Shown here: piece after piece, positions 23,622 to 39,300 of the stretch
Numbering within the stretch: position 1 is the stretch's first letter
How the letters are laid out: each line of letters opens with the position of its first letter
From: Antedon mediterranea
Taxonomy: Eukaryota; Animalia; Echinodermata
NCBI RefSeq assembly: GCF_964355755.1
Contig: NC_092674.1
Location: forward strand, 17,050,001-17,114,000
Reading direction: 5' to 3'
Length of the DNA stretch: 64,000 bases
Program-made: the position numbers and the translations under genes
The notes under the pieces: model-generated
What the model saw: the letters and a program-made list of their open reading frames with translations, nothing else
Databases searched by the model: none
What the model was told of the DNA's origin: nothing

Positions 23622-24842
23622 TTATTAGGTGATCATTTAGAATAAAATAATCACGCTATACGAGGAGGTTAAAAATGACAAAATGCGCACATTAATTGCA
23701 TAAAAGTGCTGAAAATGGTGAAAAATAAGGCATTTTTAAAATGAAAATAATTTTTCAGAATGCACGATGACCCCCAATTTTTGAAACTTATTCTGGAAGC
23801 CATTGAGTTGTAGATATGAATTCATGTACACATTTCACATACAAAATTAAGTTTTTTTTCTCTTTCGTCATATTTTATCACATTCAATAGAACGCATCTC
23901 TGTTATTTTGTGCCCGATTTTCGCTCAAATTTTAGTATGTGATTGCACAATTAATTGACTTTCTCATGACTTGCCACTATTTGTATTTTTATGACGTCAT
24001 CACGCGTAAAAACTTGAATAACGTAGGTCGTGTAATTTCACCTTCACCGTAAATTTGAATATCTTACAGCTCTTCATAATTGAAGGTTACCTTGATGATT
24101 ATAATTTATTATGGAAGCTGATGAAATGTAGATGGGTGTTTTCATAAATTAAGGGGCCAGTGGGTATTTTAGTATTGGTGATAGTTAGTTTGCTGTTTAC
24201 TCTAAATTGGTAATAGTTATTTAAAAAATGATTTTATCATATGATAGAACAATAATATGGGTTAATACTATTACATGTTGGAAAAAAAAAATTGCAAAAA
24301 AAAACAATTTAAAAAAAAAATATATCGTGGTGTCTAGCTCATTTTATTAAAATATATATATGAATTCATATAAAAATCAAGCCTGTCGGATGTTGTGACG
24401 TTAACATATGGCCAGTTGAAGTTTAAAAGTAGTTTTTTCATCTTTTTCGTCAAAGTTATACAAATTTCAAAGAGCGCGCACAGCGCTTCTACATGCCAAA
24501 TTCTCTTCCAATTCTTATATTTATTTGCTCAATTCATTATCTTTCGAAATTGTCATCTTCGAGTTTGTTTTGATAATTCCATCATACCAAAAAATTAGAA
24601 CATGATGTGTGTCCCGTAATTTCACCTATGCTACACTGTATATAGATATGCATTATATACTGTACATATTGTATATGGCATATAATAGGCACAACTCAGC
24701 ACTATAAGCGTATTATAGGATGACATAAATAAACATTTTACGATTAAATGTTAACATTGGTGCATGTTTAAAAAATATTAATGTCAATAAAATGATAAAA
24801 ATGATCACCTATAATTCGTCAAAGTGACGAATTAAATTCTAG
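23622..24842 (+). mobile_element. Helentron/DINE-1-like non-autonomous rolling-circle element
   Basis: 5' TTATTAGGTGATCATT and 3' subterminal inverse AATGATCACCTATAA, then hairpin TTCGTCA-AAG-TGACGAA and CTAG followed by T. The body is distantly related to the intronic array. Confidence 0.7.
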
Positions 24843-24892
24843 TTTAAAATGTTATTGTATTGATCTTTCAGAGTGAGTATTACACTTGAGGC

Positions 24893-24910
24893 ATGGGAAA
24901 TGTGCTGTAA
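24893..24910 (+). promoter_or_regulatory. Upstream ORF (MGNVL*) in the HS6ST 5' UTR
   Basis: GGCATGG context; stops 8 nt before the main ATG at 24919. Confidence 0.45.
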
Positions 24911-24918
24911 CAACAACC

Positions 24919-25433
24919 ATGAATAACACATGCATTGGATTTATTCTTCTGGTTTTAGTAACCTCCTCTTATATTTTCTATGAGGTTGTTTGTTCTAATC
25001 ATTTTTTTTGTACAAGTTCGGACATATTAGAAGATGTAAGATGGGATTATCAATATTCGACCAGGTTTCGGACAGGAGGAAACTTATCTGTGAGTCACAG
25101 ACGAACAAAACCATTCAGTGAAAAGACATTAGTGCGTGACTATCATTTTGATATAAATGGAGATGATGTTCTTGTGTTCCTTCACATACAAAAAACAGGT
25201 GGTACAACCTTTGGAAAACACCTTGTGAAGAATATGGCAATGGAAAATCCCTGCAAATGTTTTCGTGGTAAAAAGAGATGCGACTGTTTTCGTCCTGGGA
25301 GTAGCCATAGTCACTGGTTGTTTAGCAGGTACTCTACTGGTTGGTCTTGTGGACTGCATGCTGATTGGACTGAATTGACAAGCTGTGTTCCTCAATGGAT
25401 GGATCAAAAAGAAAAATTAATTAAAAAAAGAAG
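24919..25433 (+). CDS. HS6ST: Heparan-sulfate 6-O-sulfotransferase, coding exon 1
   Basis: N-terminal signal anchor, VFLHIQKTGGTTFGKHLV (5'-PAPS site) and WLFSRYSTGWSCGLHADWTELT. Acceptor tttcag ends at 24871, an in-frame TGA lies upstream at 24874, and the phase-2 donor is AG|GTAAAG at 25434. Confidence 0.95.
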
Positions 25434-26811
25434 GTAAAGTGTACCTTTACTTATTTATACTGTACATTTTATTTATTTATTGACTATTGAATCAGTGGCA
25501 CTTACACAAAATGTAGAAGAAGTGTAACGAAGAGTGTTATAAATATTTATTTTAGGCTATGATAAAGATAAAGTGTTATAAGAAACTGGTACGAAAAAGT
25601 ACAAAACGTTTTCCAATTATGGAAATCTAGCTTTTTTTGAATGCAAGCATAATTAACGTACCATCAGGCCAACCTAAAAAAAAATTTCTTTCCTGTTTCC
25701 TGTCGATTTTTGGCCCATAAAAGTTCCAGTCGGGAGGCCGAATATTTTTTTTTGCGCATTAAAGACGTACATAGGCGCGGCTAGCTAGGCCTAATGTTTT
25801 ATAGACCTGACATAACCACACACATAGTTGTCACCACGGCACAAAAGCGCCTGTCCCAGATAAATAAAGATAAATAGCGTATCCTAGTCTAGGCCTAGCT
25901 ATAGAGCCTAAGATAGACCTATTTCAACAGATTATTAAAATGCTAGGCTAGGGACAGGGATTGTGAAACTGTTCAATACAGCAATTGAATTCGAAGCACA
26001 CGTGGTAAAGCCCGGGCGTAAGTCGAGCTACTAGCTAACTATACTGTACTGTACTACTAGTTGATGAAAAATGTTAATTCGATTTGCCAAACATAATATT
26101 TCCAATTTTTTGAAATTCTATTTTGTGGATTTTTTTCCTTACACCAGAGAGGTGCGTGTACGTCAAATGGCATTGTTTTTTCTCATGAACATGCATGGTA
26201 ATTTTTTACCAGAGGTGTGCTTGTACGTAAATGAAATTGTTTTTTAGACAATGACTATTTGCTTTAATACTTTACTAACTTTAAAACAATGTGGATACTA
26301 TTTTCTGATATCGAAATCATTGTACTATTTGTAAGCGATTCAGATTTTGTGAAAAATCACGAAAATACAAGTTAAATGTTAAAAAAGGGGGAAAAGGAAT
26401 GCTGAAATTATTAATGAAATAAAATAGAATTGCAAACAGTATGAAATTATATCGGGCGGTACAAATCTGTCACTAGGCTTTTACTACAACATTCGTGGCT
26501 GCAACTAGAAAGTTAATAATTGGTAATCTGAATACTGTATTAACGCTCGCTTGTATGTAATGTACAGTAGTCCAGATTGATAAGAACAAAGCCCTACAAT
26601 CAACTCTGTGATGAAGTAGATTATTATACTCTATTTTATTAGACATTATTTGCAGGATCTCTTTGAAGTAAAATAACGGTGTTAATTTTCATAACTGAGT
26701 GGAAACTGAGCTGTGGGAACATTTCTCATTGTTTATAATATGGACCGGTTTTAACAACAGACATCAACCATACACTTTTTACCATTCACACTGTATTTCT
26801 TGGTTAGAGCA

Positions 26812-26840
26812 CAGATTCAGAGATTCAGATTCAGATTCGA
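26812..26840. repeat. (GATTCA)n microsatellite, probably the 3' tail of a minus-strand retroposon fragment
   Basis: Four to five tandem hexamers followed by TTTATT. Confidence 0.5.
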
Positions 26841-27319
26841 TTTATTCATATATAGTATAATGATAATTGCTTTCTTGGCAGAAAAACACAAGCAAAACAA
26901 TACATACATAATATTTACATTCGTGATCAACTTGGAACTAACAACAACAACAACATGTTAACATTTTAGCAGAAATGAGTAAACCCCAAAAACCCCACTT
27001 CAGTAATGATCTGACATACTCACGACACACTTTGTGGAATAATATCACTTAACATAAACGATGTAATATGACTGCCCAAAGCTCGTACGTGGTGTGTGAC
27101 AAAAGCTGCATGAGAACGCTAGAGCTGAGCGACAACAACAAGGGGTGTGAAATTCCCTTTTGGGACTCACTGCAAATTAATACAAGATGGCGATTGCGCA
27201 TTTTTAACTTTGTAAACATAATTATTCATATTAGAAAGGTATTAATAATTGCCTATTAAACCATTTAAGAGTGCTTGTCACCAAAAATCAGACATATTCG
27301 TAATTTAGTGGCAAGGGTT

Positions 27320-30300
27320 AAAACTTTTTCTGGAAGCTATTGGCTTGTAGATACGAATTCATGTAAACATTTTTCCAATCGGACGTTGTGACGTCATCAT
27401 ATGTCCAGTTGAATAAAAAAAGTCGTATTTTCATATTTTGCGTAATAGTTCATCACATTTAAAAGGGCGCGCATCTATATTTTACGTATTCAAATTTCTT
27501 CTACATGTTAATATGTTGTTACTGAGATAATATTCATCCGAAATTGCTATCTTAGTGTTTCATTTTGATACCGTCGCCATGTTAAAAATAGGAATAAACG
27601 GGGAGTCCCGTAATTTCACCTATTTTACACTGTATGTAATATGTATACAGATTTACTGTTTGTACTATATACTATATGACACAAAATTGACAGAATTCAG
27701 CACTAACAACATATCATATTCATCAGTTCAGGTCATACAGTAATGCCATAATCTTTTTCCGTGTGGAATATTCCAACGTATGACGTGCACGTGGCGTTTG
27801 TCGTGCGGATAACTAACTCGTCAAAGTGACGAGTTACATGTCTAGTTGGTTATCCGCACTTGGCGGATAACCCCTTGTTATTGTAAGGATCTTTTTTTTT
27901 TTTTCATCTTATTAGTTATCCGCTTAGTAGCGGATAACTTCTTGTAATCGTCCTGTTACTTTTTTTTTTTTTTAGTTATCCGCTTAGTAGCGGATAACTC
28001 CTTGTAACTGTATGAAATCATCTTTTTTTTTTGGTTATCCGCAACTTGTAAAGTTGCGGATAACCCATGTTATTGTAAATATCTTTTTCTTCATCTTCTT
28101 TGTTATTAGTTATCCGCATTGAGCGGATAACTCCTTGTAACTGTACTGGATCAATTTCTATGTTTTTCTTCTTTCTTTCCTCCACTTTTTTGTGGCTCCT
28201 GTATCTCTAAAATGTGTTAACATAACATTTCATAGCTTTGTCAACATATGAACATTTATATGAAGTTGTGCAGCATGTATTTTTTAAATACGTCAGAGTT
28301 GCGCAACATGACTTACGTGCGATTTTATGAATTTCAATGATTGATCATAGATTAAAAACCAAGCATAATTTTTTTTTTACACTTTGTGAAAATTTAAGTC
28401 ATATCAAGGGCAAACTTTTTGTGGATTAAAAATGGCATGTTTTCCAAGAAGTTACGCGCGCACGCGCATTTAAAATTTCAAAATGCGCAAAATTTATTTC
28501 TAATCAACTTTCTACGCGTTTCATGTCATTTTAAGCATGTCAAAAATTCCCACGGATGCGCAAATTTTTGCGCGCGCGGTGCGCACGTAGCGTTGAAAAT
28601 AAATTTTTTTCGCGTGATTCATGTTTTTCCAGCCTTTTCTGGTAATTTTACCAACTTTTGAACAATTTTGACCTAAAATTACGTCATACGGGCACATTCA
28701 ATTGGATAATTTACGTGCGTTTTTGATGAAAAAGTTCAAAAATGTGTCAAAATTCGTCAAAATTATGCCTTTTTTTAAACATTCATAGATTCTAAACTAC
28801 GAGGTGAACTTTTTTTAAATTATATATTCTGGAAGTTGATGAGTTGTAGATATGGAATCATGCATTAATATAGCTAATCGGACATTATAACGTCATCGTA
28901 TGGCCACGCGAATATAAAATATAGGATTTTTATATCTTTCGTCATAGCGCATCACATTTAATAGAGCGCATCTCCACTTATCCGTTTTTTATTTTCACCC
29001 CGATTTTGATATTGTCTAGGTGAATGAACTATCTTTCGCATGAGTTAAAAATATTTTAATTTTTATGACGTCATCATGTCGAAAATTGTAAATAACGTGG
29101 GTCACTTATTTTCATCTTTACAGTAAATTTCAATCTGTTATAGCTCATCAGAATAAAAAGTGATAATCATGATTAAAACGTTTTCTGGAAGCTATTGAAT
29201 TGTAGATATGAAATCATGTAAACATTTTGCCAATCGGATGTTGTGACGTCATCATATGGCCAGTTGAATAAAAAAAGTTGTATTTTCATATTTTGCGTAA
29301 TAGTTCATCACATTTAAAAGGGTGCGCATCTATATTTTACGTATTCAAATTTCTTCTACACGTTAATATGTTGTTCCTAAGATAATTTCCTTCTGAAATT
29401 GCTATCTATGTGTTTCATTTTGATACCGTCGCCATGTTAAAAATTGGAATAAATGGCGGGTCCCGTAATTTCACCTATTCTACACTGTATGTAATATGTA
29501 TGCAGATTATACTGTAGTGTTTGCATGTATACTATATGACACAAAATTGACAGAATTCAGCACTAACAGCATATCATATTCTTCAGTTCTTGTCATAATG
29601 CCATAATATTTATCTGTGTGCAATATTCCAACGTATGACGTGCACGTGGCGTTTGTCGTGGTGCGGATAACTAACTCGTCAAAGTGACGAGTTTCATGTC
29701 TAGTTTTTTCTTATTTCTTTCTCCTCCATTTTTGTGCCTCACGTATCTCAAAAACTTGTACACATAACATTTCATAACTTTGTCAACATATGGGCATTTA
29801 CGTGAAGTTGTGCACCTCCTATTTTTGAATGACGTCAGAGTTGCGCAACGTGACTTACGTGCGATTTTATGATTTTTTATGATTCATCATAGACTAAAAA
29901 CCAAGCATAAATTTGTTTTGACACTTTGTGAAAATTTAAGTCCTATCAAGGGCAAACTTTTTGTGGATTAAAAATGCCATGTTTTACAAGACGTTACGCG
30001 CGGACGCGCATTTCTCCTCTATTTTTGTATCTCGCGTATCTCAAAAACGTGTAAACATAACATTTCATAACTTTGTCAACATATGGGCATTCACGTGAAG
30101 TTGTGCACCTCCTATTGTGAATGACGTCAGAAATGCGCAACGTGACTTACGCACGATTTTATGAATTTCGCGTATTTAACATAGATTTAAAACCATATAA
30201 CAATTTAAATTGAAACTTAGCAAAAGTTTAATTTATATCATGCGCTAACTTTCTGTGGAAAAAAAATTGCGTGTTTTACACAAAGTTACGCGCGCACGCG

Positions 30301-33300
30301 CATTTAAAATTCAAAATGCGCAAAATTAATTTTTAATCAACTTTCTACGCTGATCATGACATTTTGACCATGTCAAAATTTCCCACGCGCGCGAACAATT
30401 TTATGCGCGTGGTGCGCACGTAGCGCTAAAAGTATTTTTTTTTTATTGAATTATGTTTTTCCAGCCTTTTATAGTAATTTTACCAATTTTAAAACAATTT
30501 CGACTTACAATTACGTCATACGGGCACGTTGAATTGGATACTTTACGTGCGTTTTTGATGAAAAAGTTCAAAAATTTGTCAAAATTATGCCTTTTTTTAA
30601 ACAGTCATAGATTCTAAACAACGAGGTGAACTTTTTTTAAATTAAATATTTTGGAAGTTGATGAGTTGTAGAAATCGGATCATGAATCAATATGGCTAAC
30701 CGGACATTGTGACGTCATCGTATGGCCACACGAATGTAAAATATAGGATTTTTGTCTGTTTCGTTATTGCTCATCATATTCAATGGAGCGCATCACGCCT
30801 ATCTGTATTCCTTTTTCTCTGAGATTTTAATATTGTCTAGGTCAATCAACTATCTTGCGCATGAGTTAAAAATATTTTAATTTTTATGACGTCACCATGC
30901 CTAAAAATTTTAATTAACAGCATCATTAATTTCATCTTTACAGTAAATTTTAATCTGTTATAGCTCGTAAGAATAAAATGTGATAATCACGATTAAAACG
31001 TTTTCAGGAAGCTATGGGATTGTAGATACGAAATCATGTAAACTTTTCGCCAATCAGATGTTGTGATGTCATCATATGGCCAGTTAAATAAACAGAGTCA
31101 TATTTTCATCTTTTGCGTCATAGTTCATTACATTTAAAAAAGTGCGCATTAATATTTCAGGTATTCATATTTCTTCTAAACGTTAATATGTTGTTGCTGA
31201 GATAATTTTCTTCCGAAATTACTACAGTACCTTCGCGTTTCCTTTTGAAAATTAAAATAAAATACGGGTCCCGTAATTTCACCTATTTTACACTGTTTGT
31301 GACATGTATACAGATTATACTGTGTATACTATATGACAGAAAATATACAGCATTCAGTACTAACAACACATCATATTCTTCAGTTCAGGTCATAATGACA
31401 TAATCTTTTTCGGTGTGCAATATTCCAACGTATGACGTGCACGTGGCGTTTGTCGTGCGGATAACTAACTCGTCAAAGTGACGAGTTTCATGTCTAGTTC
31501 TTCTTTCTTTCCCAGAATTTTGTGTCACGTGTATCTCAAATTCTTATCAACATTACATCGTATAATTTTGTCAGAAGATTGACCTTTAACTGTAGAAGTG
31601 CAGGACATTTCGTTTTTTTACTTTAGAGTCGCGCAGCGTAAGTTACGCGCAATTTTATGAATTTCAATGATTGATCATAGATTAAAAACCAAAAGTCATT
31701 TTATATTGACGCTTGGTGAAAATTTAAGTCATATCAAGAGCAAACTTTCTATGGATTAAAAATGGCATGTTTCACAAAAAGTTACGCGCGCACGCACGTT
31801 TAAAATTTCGGAATGCGCAAAATCAATTTCTAATCAACTTTCTACGCATTTCATGTCATTTTAAGCATGTCAAAAATTCCGACGTGAGCGCATATTTTTA
31901 CGCGCGCGGTGCGCACGTAGCGCTAAAAACCTTTTTTTTCGCGTGATTTATGTTTTTCCAGTCTTTTCTAGTAATTTGACCAACTGTCTAACAATTTCGA
32001 TTTAAAATCACGTCATACGAGCACGTCGAATTGGACAATTTGTGGGCGTTTTTTTGAAAAAGTTAAAAAATTCGCCAAAATTAAGCCTTTTTTTAAACAG
32101 TCATAGATTCTAAACTACACGGTGAACTTTTTTTTAATTACATATTCTGGAGGTTGATGAGTTGTAGATATCGGATCATGGATCAATATGGCTAACTGGA
32201 CATTGTGACGTCATCATATGGCCACTCGAATATAAAATATAGGATTTTTGTCTTTTTCGTCATAGCTCATCGCATTTAATTGAGCGCATCTGCACTTATC
32301 CTTATTCCATTTCCCTCCGTTTTTTATATTGTCTTGGTCAATCAATTATCTTTCGCATGATTTAACATTTTTAAAATTGTGATGACGTCATCATGATTAA
32401 AAGCGTGCATAACGTGGGTCACTTATTTTCATCATTACAGTAAATTTCAATCTGTTATAGCTCGTTAGAATAAAAAGTGATAATCATGATTAATACGTTT
32501 TCTGGAAGCTATTTGATTGTAGATACGAATTCATGTGAATATTTTGCCAATCAGATGTTGTGACGTCATCATATGGCTAGTTGAGTTCAAAAAGTGGTAT
32601 TTTCATCTCTTGCGTAAAAGTTCATTGCGTTTAAACGAGAGCGCATCTCAATTTTACGTGCCCAAAATTCTTCAAATTTGCAATAATGTAATTATTTAGA
32701 TAATTATCTTCTAAAATTGTTATCTTTATATGTCAATTTGATGACGTCATTGTGTTAATAATTGGATTTAAAAGATGGGTCTCGTAATTTCGTCTATGCT
32801 ACACTGTATATAACATATACAGTTTATTCTGTAAAATACTGTAATATGATATATGCTACATAATAGGTACAATTCAGCACTGTAAACATATTTATTTCAT
32901 GTCATAGGATGGCATAATAATTGTCGAGGTTCATATGGTTAAGTATGTGCATGGTTGCGTTTGCGCGGATAACCCGAACTAGTCAAAGTGACGAGTTCAA
33001 ATCTAGTTGTCTTTTTGGTTATCCGCACTTGGCGGATAACCTCTTGTTATTGTCAGGATCTTTTTTTGGTTATCCGCACTTGGCGGATAACCCCTTGTTA
33101 TTGTCAGGATCTTTTTTTTTTCTTTTTTTTTTTTTTTTTTTTTTCTTTATTAGTTATCCGCTTAATAGCGGATAACTCCTTGTAATCGTCCTGTTTCATC
33201 ATATTTTTTTTTCTTTTCTGTATTATTAGTTATCCGCTTAGTAGCGGATAACTCCTTGTAATCGTCCTGTTACTTCTTTTTGGTTATCCGCACTTGGCGG

Positions 33301-36300
33301 ATAACCTCTTGTTATTGTCAGGATCTTTTTTTTTTTTTTTTTGGGTTATCCGCAACTAGTAAGTTGCGGATAACCCTTGTTATTGTAAATATCTTTTTGG
33401 TTATCCGCAACTTAGTTGCAGGATAACCCATGTGATTGTAAATATCTTTTTTTTTCATCTTCTTTGTTATTCTTTCTTTCCCGGATTTTGTGACCAGCAT
33501 ATCTCTATTGCTTGTGAACATAACTTTGTATAACTTGGTAAAAAGATTGACATTGAAGGGTAGATGTGCAGCCAAGCTTTTGGACGATGTCAGATACGCG
33601 TCGCGTAAGTTACGCGCGATTTTATGAATTTCTATAACTGATCATAACTTTAGAACCAACAAATATTGTTTCATGAAACTTAATAAAATTATAATTCATA
33701 TCATATGGGTCAATTTTCTATGGATTAAAAATGACATGTTTTACAAGAAGTTACGCGCGCACGCGCATTTAAAGTTTCAAAATGCGCAAAATTAATTTCT
33801 AATCAACTTTCTACGCTGATCATGACATTTTGAGCATAAATTCCCGCGCGTGCGAAAAAATTTACGCGTATGGTGCGCACGGTGCATGAAAACCATGTTT
33901 TTTTCTCTTGAATTATGATTTTCCAGCCTTTCCTAGTCATTTTAAAAAAGATTGACATCATTTCAAATTAAAATGACGTCATACGAACACGTTGATTTAG
34001 ACAATTTGCGTGCGTTTTAGTTGCAAAAAAGACAAAATATTGTCAAAATTATGCCTACTTTGAATCTATTATAGCTCCTCAGGATCAAAGGTGACCCCCA
34101 ATTTTTTTTACTTATTATGTAAGAAGATAAATTGTAGATATGAATTCATGCAGAATTTTTACCTCTTGGATGTTATGACGTCATCGTATGGCCACACGAA
34201 TGTAAAATATAGGATTTTTGTCTCTTTCGTTATTGGTCATCACATTCAACAGAGCGCATCTCGCTTATACGTGTTCAATTTCCTCCGAGATTTTATTATT
34301 GTCTCTGTCAATAAACTATCTTTCGCATGAGTTAAAAATATTTTAATTTTTATGACGTCATCATGTCTAAAAATGTAAATAACGTGGGTCACTTCTTTTC
34401 ATCTTTACAGTAAACTTCAATCTGTTATAACTCGTCAGAATAAAAAGTGACGCGCATGACTAAAACTTATTATAGAAGTTGTTGAATTGTAGATATGAAT
34501 TCATATACAAATTTTGTCTATCTGATGTCATGACGTTATCATATGGCCAGTTGAATTCAAAAAGTCATATTTTCATTTCTTGCGTAAAAGTTCATTGCGT
34601 TTAAACGAGAGCGCATGTCACTTTTACGTGCCCAAAATTCTTCAAATTTGCATTAATGTAATTATTTAGATAATTATCTTCTAAAATAGTTATCTTTATA
34701 TCAATTTGATGACGTCATCGTGTTAATAATTGGATTTAAAAGATGGTTCTCGTAATTTCGTCTATGCTACACTGTATATAACATATACAGTGTATTCTGT
34801 AAATACTGTAATATGCTGTATGCTACAAAATAGGTACAATTCAGCACTCTAAACGTATTTAAATCATGTAATAGGAAGGCATAATAATTGTCGGCGTTCA
34901 TATATTTTAAACGTATGTGCATGTTGCGTTTGCGCGGATAACCCGAACTCGTCAAAGTGACGAGTTCAAATCTAGTTAGTTATCCGCTTAGTAGCGGATA
35001 ACTTCTTGTAATCGTCCTGTTACTTTTTTTTTTTTTTTTTTTCTTATTTCTTTCTCCTCCATTTTTGTGCCTCACGTATCTCAAAAACTTGTAAACATAA
35101 CATTTCATAACTTTGTCAACATATGGGCATTTACGTGAAGTTGTGCACCTCCTATTTTTGAATGACGTCAAAGTTGCGCAACGTGACTTACGTGCGATTT
35201 TATGATTTTTTATGATTGATCATAGACTAAAAACCAAGCATAAATTTGTTTTGACACTTTGTGAAAATTTAAGTCATATCAAGGGCAAACTTTTTGTGGA
35301 TTAAAAATGCCATGTTTTACAAGACGTTACGCGCGCACGCGCATTTCTCCTCTATTTTTGTATCTCGCGTATCTCAAAAACGTGTAAACATAACATTTCA
35401 TAACTTTGTCAACATATGGGCATTCACGTGAAGTTGTGCACCTCCTATTGTGAATGACGTCAGAAATGCGCAATGTGACTTACGCACGATTTTATGAATT
35501 TCGCGTATTTAACATAGATTTAAAACCATATAACAATTTAAATTGAAACTTAGCAAAAGTTTAATTTATATCATGCGCTAACTTTCTGTGGAAAAAAAAT
35601 TGCGTGTTTTACACAAAGTTACGCGCGCACGCGCATTTAAAATTCAAAATGCGCAAAATTAATTTTTAATCAACTTTCTACGCTGATCATGGCATTTTGA
35701 CCATGTCAAAATTTCCCACGCGCGCGAACAATTTTATGCGCGTGGTGCGCACGTAGCGCTAAAAGTTTTTTTTTTTTATTGAATTATGTTTTTCCACCCT
35801 TTTATAGTAATTTTACCAATTTTAAAACAATTTCGACTTACAATTACGTCATACGGGCACGTTGAATTGGATACTTTACGTGCGTTTTTGATGAAAAAGT
35901 TCAAAAATTTGTCAAAATTATGCCTTTTTTTAAACAGTCATAGATTCTAAACAACGAGGTGAACTTTTTTTTAATTACATATTCTGGAAGTTGATGAGTT
36001 GTAGAAATCGGATCATGAATCAATATAGCTAACCGGACATTAGGACGTCATCGTATGGCCACACGAATGTAAAATATAGGATTTTTGTCTCTTTCGTTAT
36101 TGCTCATCATATTCAATGGAGCGCATCACGCCTATCTGTATTCATTTTTCTCTGAGATTTTAATATTGTCTAGGTCAATCAACTATCTTACGCATGAGTT
36201 AAAAATATTTTAATTTTTATGACGTCACCATGCCTAAAAATTTTAATTAACAGCGTCATTAATTTCATCTTTACAGTAAATTTTAATCTGTTATAGCTCG

Positions 36301-39300
36301 TAAGAATAAAATGTGATAATCACGATTAAAACGTTTTCAGGAAGCTATGGGATTGTAGATACGAAATCATGTAAACTTTTCGCCAATCAGATGTTGTGAC
36401 GTCATCATATGGCCAGTTAAATAAACAAAGTCATATTTTCATCTTTTGCGTCATAGTTCATTACATTTAAAAAAGCGCGCATTAATATTTCACGTATTCA
36501 AATTTCTTCTAAACGTTAATATGTTGTTGCTGAGATAATTTTCTTCCGAAATTACTACAGTACCTTCGCGTTTCCTTTTGAAAATTAAAATAAAATACGG
36601 GTCCCGTAATTTCACCTATTTTACACTGTTTGTGACATGTATACAGATTATACTGTGTATAGTATATGACAGAAAATATACAGCATTCAGTACTAACAAC
36701 ACATCATATTCTTCAGTTCAGGTCATAATGACATAATCTTTTTCGGTGTGCAATATTCCAACGTATGACGTGCACGTGGCGTTTGTCGTGGTGCGGATAA
36801 CTAACTCGTCAAAGTGACGAGTTTCATGTCTAGTTAGTTATCCGCTTAGTAGCGGATAACTCCTTGTAATCGTCCTGTTTCATCATATTTTTTTTTTTTT
36901 TTTTTGGTTATCCGCAACTAGTAAGTTGCGGATAACCCTTGTTATTGTAAATATCTTTTTTTTTTTTCATCTTTATTAGTTATCCGCTTAGTAGCGGATA
37001 ACTCCTTGTAATCGTCCTGTTTCATCATATTTTTTTTTTAGTTATCCGCATTGAGCGGATAACTCCTTGTAACTGTCCTGTTACTTTTTTTTTTCTTTCC
37101 TTCTCCCCCATTTTTGTGTCTCACGTATCTCAAAAACTTGTAAACATAACATGTTATAACTTTGTCAGCATGAGGGCATTCACGTGAAGTTGTGCACCTC
37201 CTATTTTTGAATTATGTCAGAGTTGCGCAACATGACTTACGCGCGATTTTATGAATTTCACATATTTAACATAGGTCAAAAACCAAATAACATTTTAAAT
37301 TGAAACTTTGCAAAAGTTTAATTTTTATCATGCGCTAACTTTTTGTTAGAAAAAAAATGCGTGTTTTACAAAAAGTTACGCGCGTACGCGCATTTAAAAT
37401 TTTAAAATGCGCAAAATTAATTTCTAATCAACTTTCTACGCGTTTCATGTCATTTTGAGCATGTCAAAAATTCCCAGGCGCGCGCAAATTTTTACCCGCG
37501 CGGAGCACACGTACCGTTAAAAACAGATTTTTTCGCGTGATTTATGTTTTTTCAGCCTTTTCTAGTAATTTTACCAACTTTTAAACAATTTCGACTTCAA
37601 ATTACGTCATACGGGCACGTCGAATTGGATAATTTATGTGCGTTTTTGATGAAAAAGTTAAAAAATTTGTCAAAATTTGTCAAAATTATACCTTTTTTTA
37701 AACAGTCGTAGTTTCTAAACTAAACGGTAAAAGTTATTTTTATTACGTATTTTGGAAGATGATGAGTTGTAGATCATGTATCATGCATCAATACGGCTTA
37801 CCGGACATTATGACGTCATCGTATGGCCATGCGAATATAAAAAATAGAATTTTTGTATCTTTCATCATAGCTCGTCACATTTAATAGAGCGCATCTCCAA
37901 TTATCTGTTTTCCATTTTCACCCCGATTTTTATATTATCTAGGTCAATCAACTATCTTTCGCATGAGTTAAAATATTTTAATTTTTTTGACGTCATCATG
38001 TCTAAAAATGAAAATAACGTGGGTCACTTATTTTTACCTTTACAGTAAATTTCAATCTGTTATAGCTCGTCAGAATAAAACGTGATAATCATGATTAAAA
38101 CGTTTTCTGGAAGCTATTGGATTGTAGATACGAATTCATGTAAACATTTTGCCAATCAGATGCTGTGACGTCATTATATGGGCAGTTGAATTCAAAAGGT
38201 CATATTTTCATCTCTTGCGTAAAAGTTCATTGCGTTTAATCGAGAGCGCATCTCTCTTTTACGTGCCCAAAATTCCTCAAATTTGTATTAATGTAATTAT
38301 TTAGATAATTATCTTAATATAAAATATCTTTATATGTCAATTTGATGACATCATCGCGTCAATAATTGGATTTAAAAGATGGGTCTCGTAATTTCGTCTA
38401 TGCTACACTGTATATAACATACAATGTATTCTGTAAATACTGTAATAATGCTGTATGCTACAAAATAGGTACAATTCAACACTGTAAACATACTTAATTT
38501 ATGTCACAGGATGGCATAACAATTGTCGAAGTTCATATAGTTTAAGGTATGTGCATGTTGCGTTTGCGCGGATAACCCGAACTCGTCAAAGTGACGAGTT
38601 CAAATCTAGTTTTTTTTCATTATTCTTCAGTCTTTCTCCCTCACTTTTTGTGCAGAGCGTATCTCTAAAATGGGTAAACATAACATTTCATAACTTTGTC
38701 AACATATGGACATTTACGTGAAGTTGTGCACCTCCTATTTTTGAATGACGTCAGTGTTGCGCAACATGACTTGCGCGCGTTTTTATGAATTTACAGATAA
38801 TAACATAGATCGAAAACCATATAACAATTTAAATTGAAACTTTGCAAAATTTTAATTTATATCAGGTGCTAACTTTCTGTTGAAAAAAAGTTGCGTGTTT
38901 TACACAAAGTTACGCGCGCACGCGCATTTAAAATTTCAAAATGCGCAAAATTAATTTCTAATCAACTTTCTACGCTGATCATGACATTTTGAGCATGTCA
39001 AAAATTCCCACGCGCGCGAAAAATTTTACATACGCGGTGCGCACGTAGCGCTAAAGACATGTTTTTTTGCATGAATTATGTTTTTCCAGCCTTTTATAGT
39101 AATTTTACCAATTTTTTAACAATTTCGACTTAAAGTTACGTCATACGAGCATGTCGAATTGGACAATTTGCGCACGTTTTTGATGAAAAAGTACAAAAAT
39201 TTGTCAAAATTATGCCTTTTTTTAAACAATCGTAATTTCTAAACTACACGGTCAACTTTTTGTGGATGACATATTCTGGAAGTTGATGAGTTGTAGATAT

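Noticed and set aside
24886-24918. TTG start extending HS6ST, and ORF start 41425 for exon 2
   Set aside because: ATG 24919 precedes the signal anchor. 41425-41456 is intron polypyrimidine tract before the in-phase acceptor.
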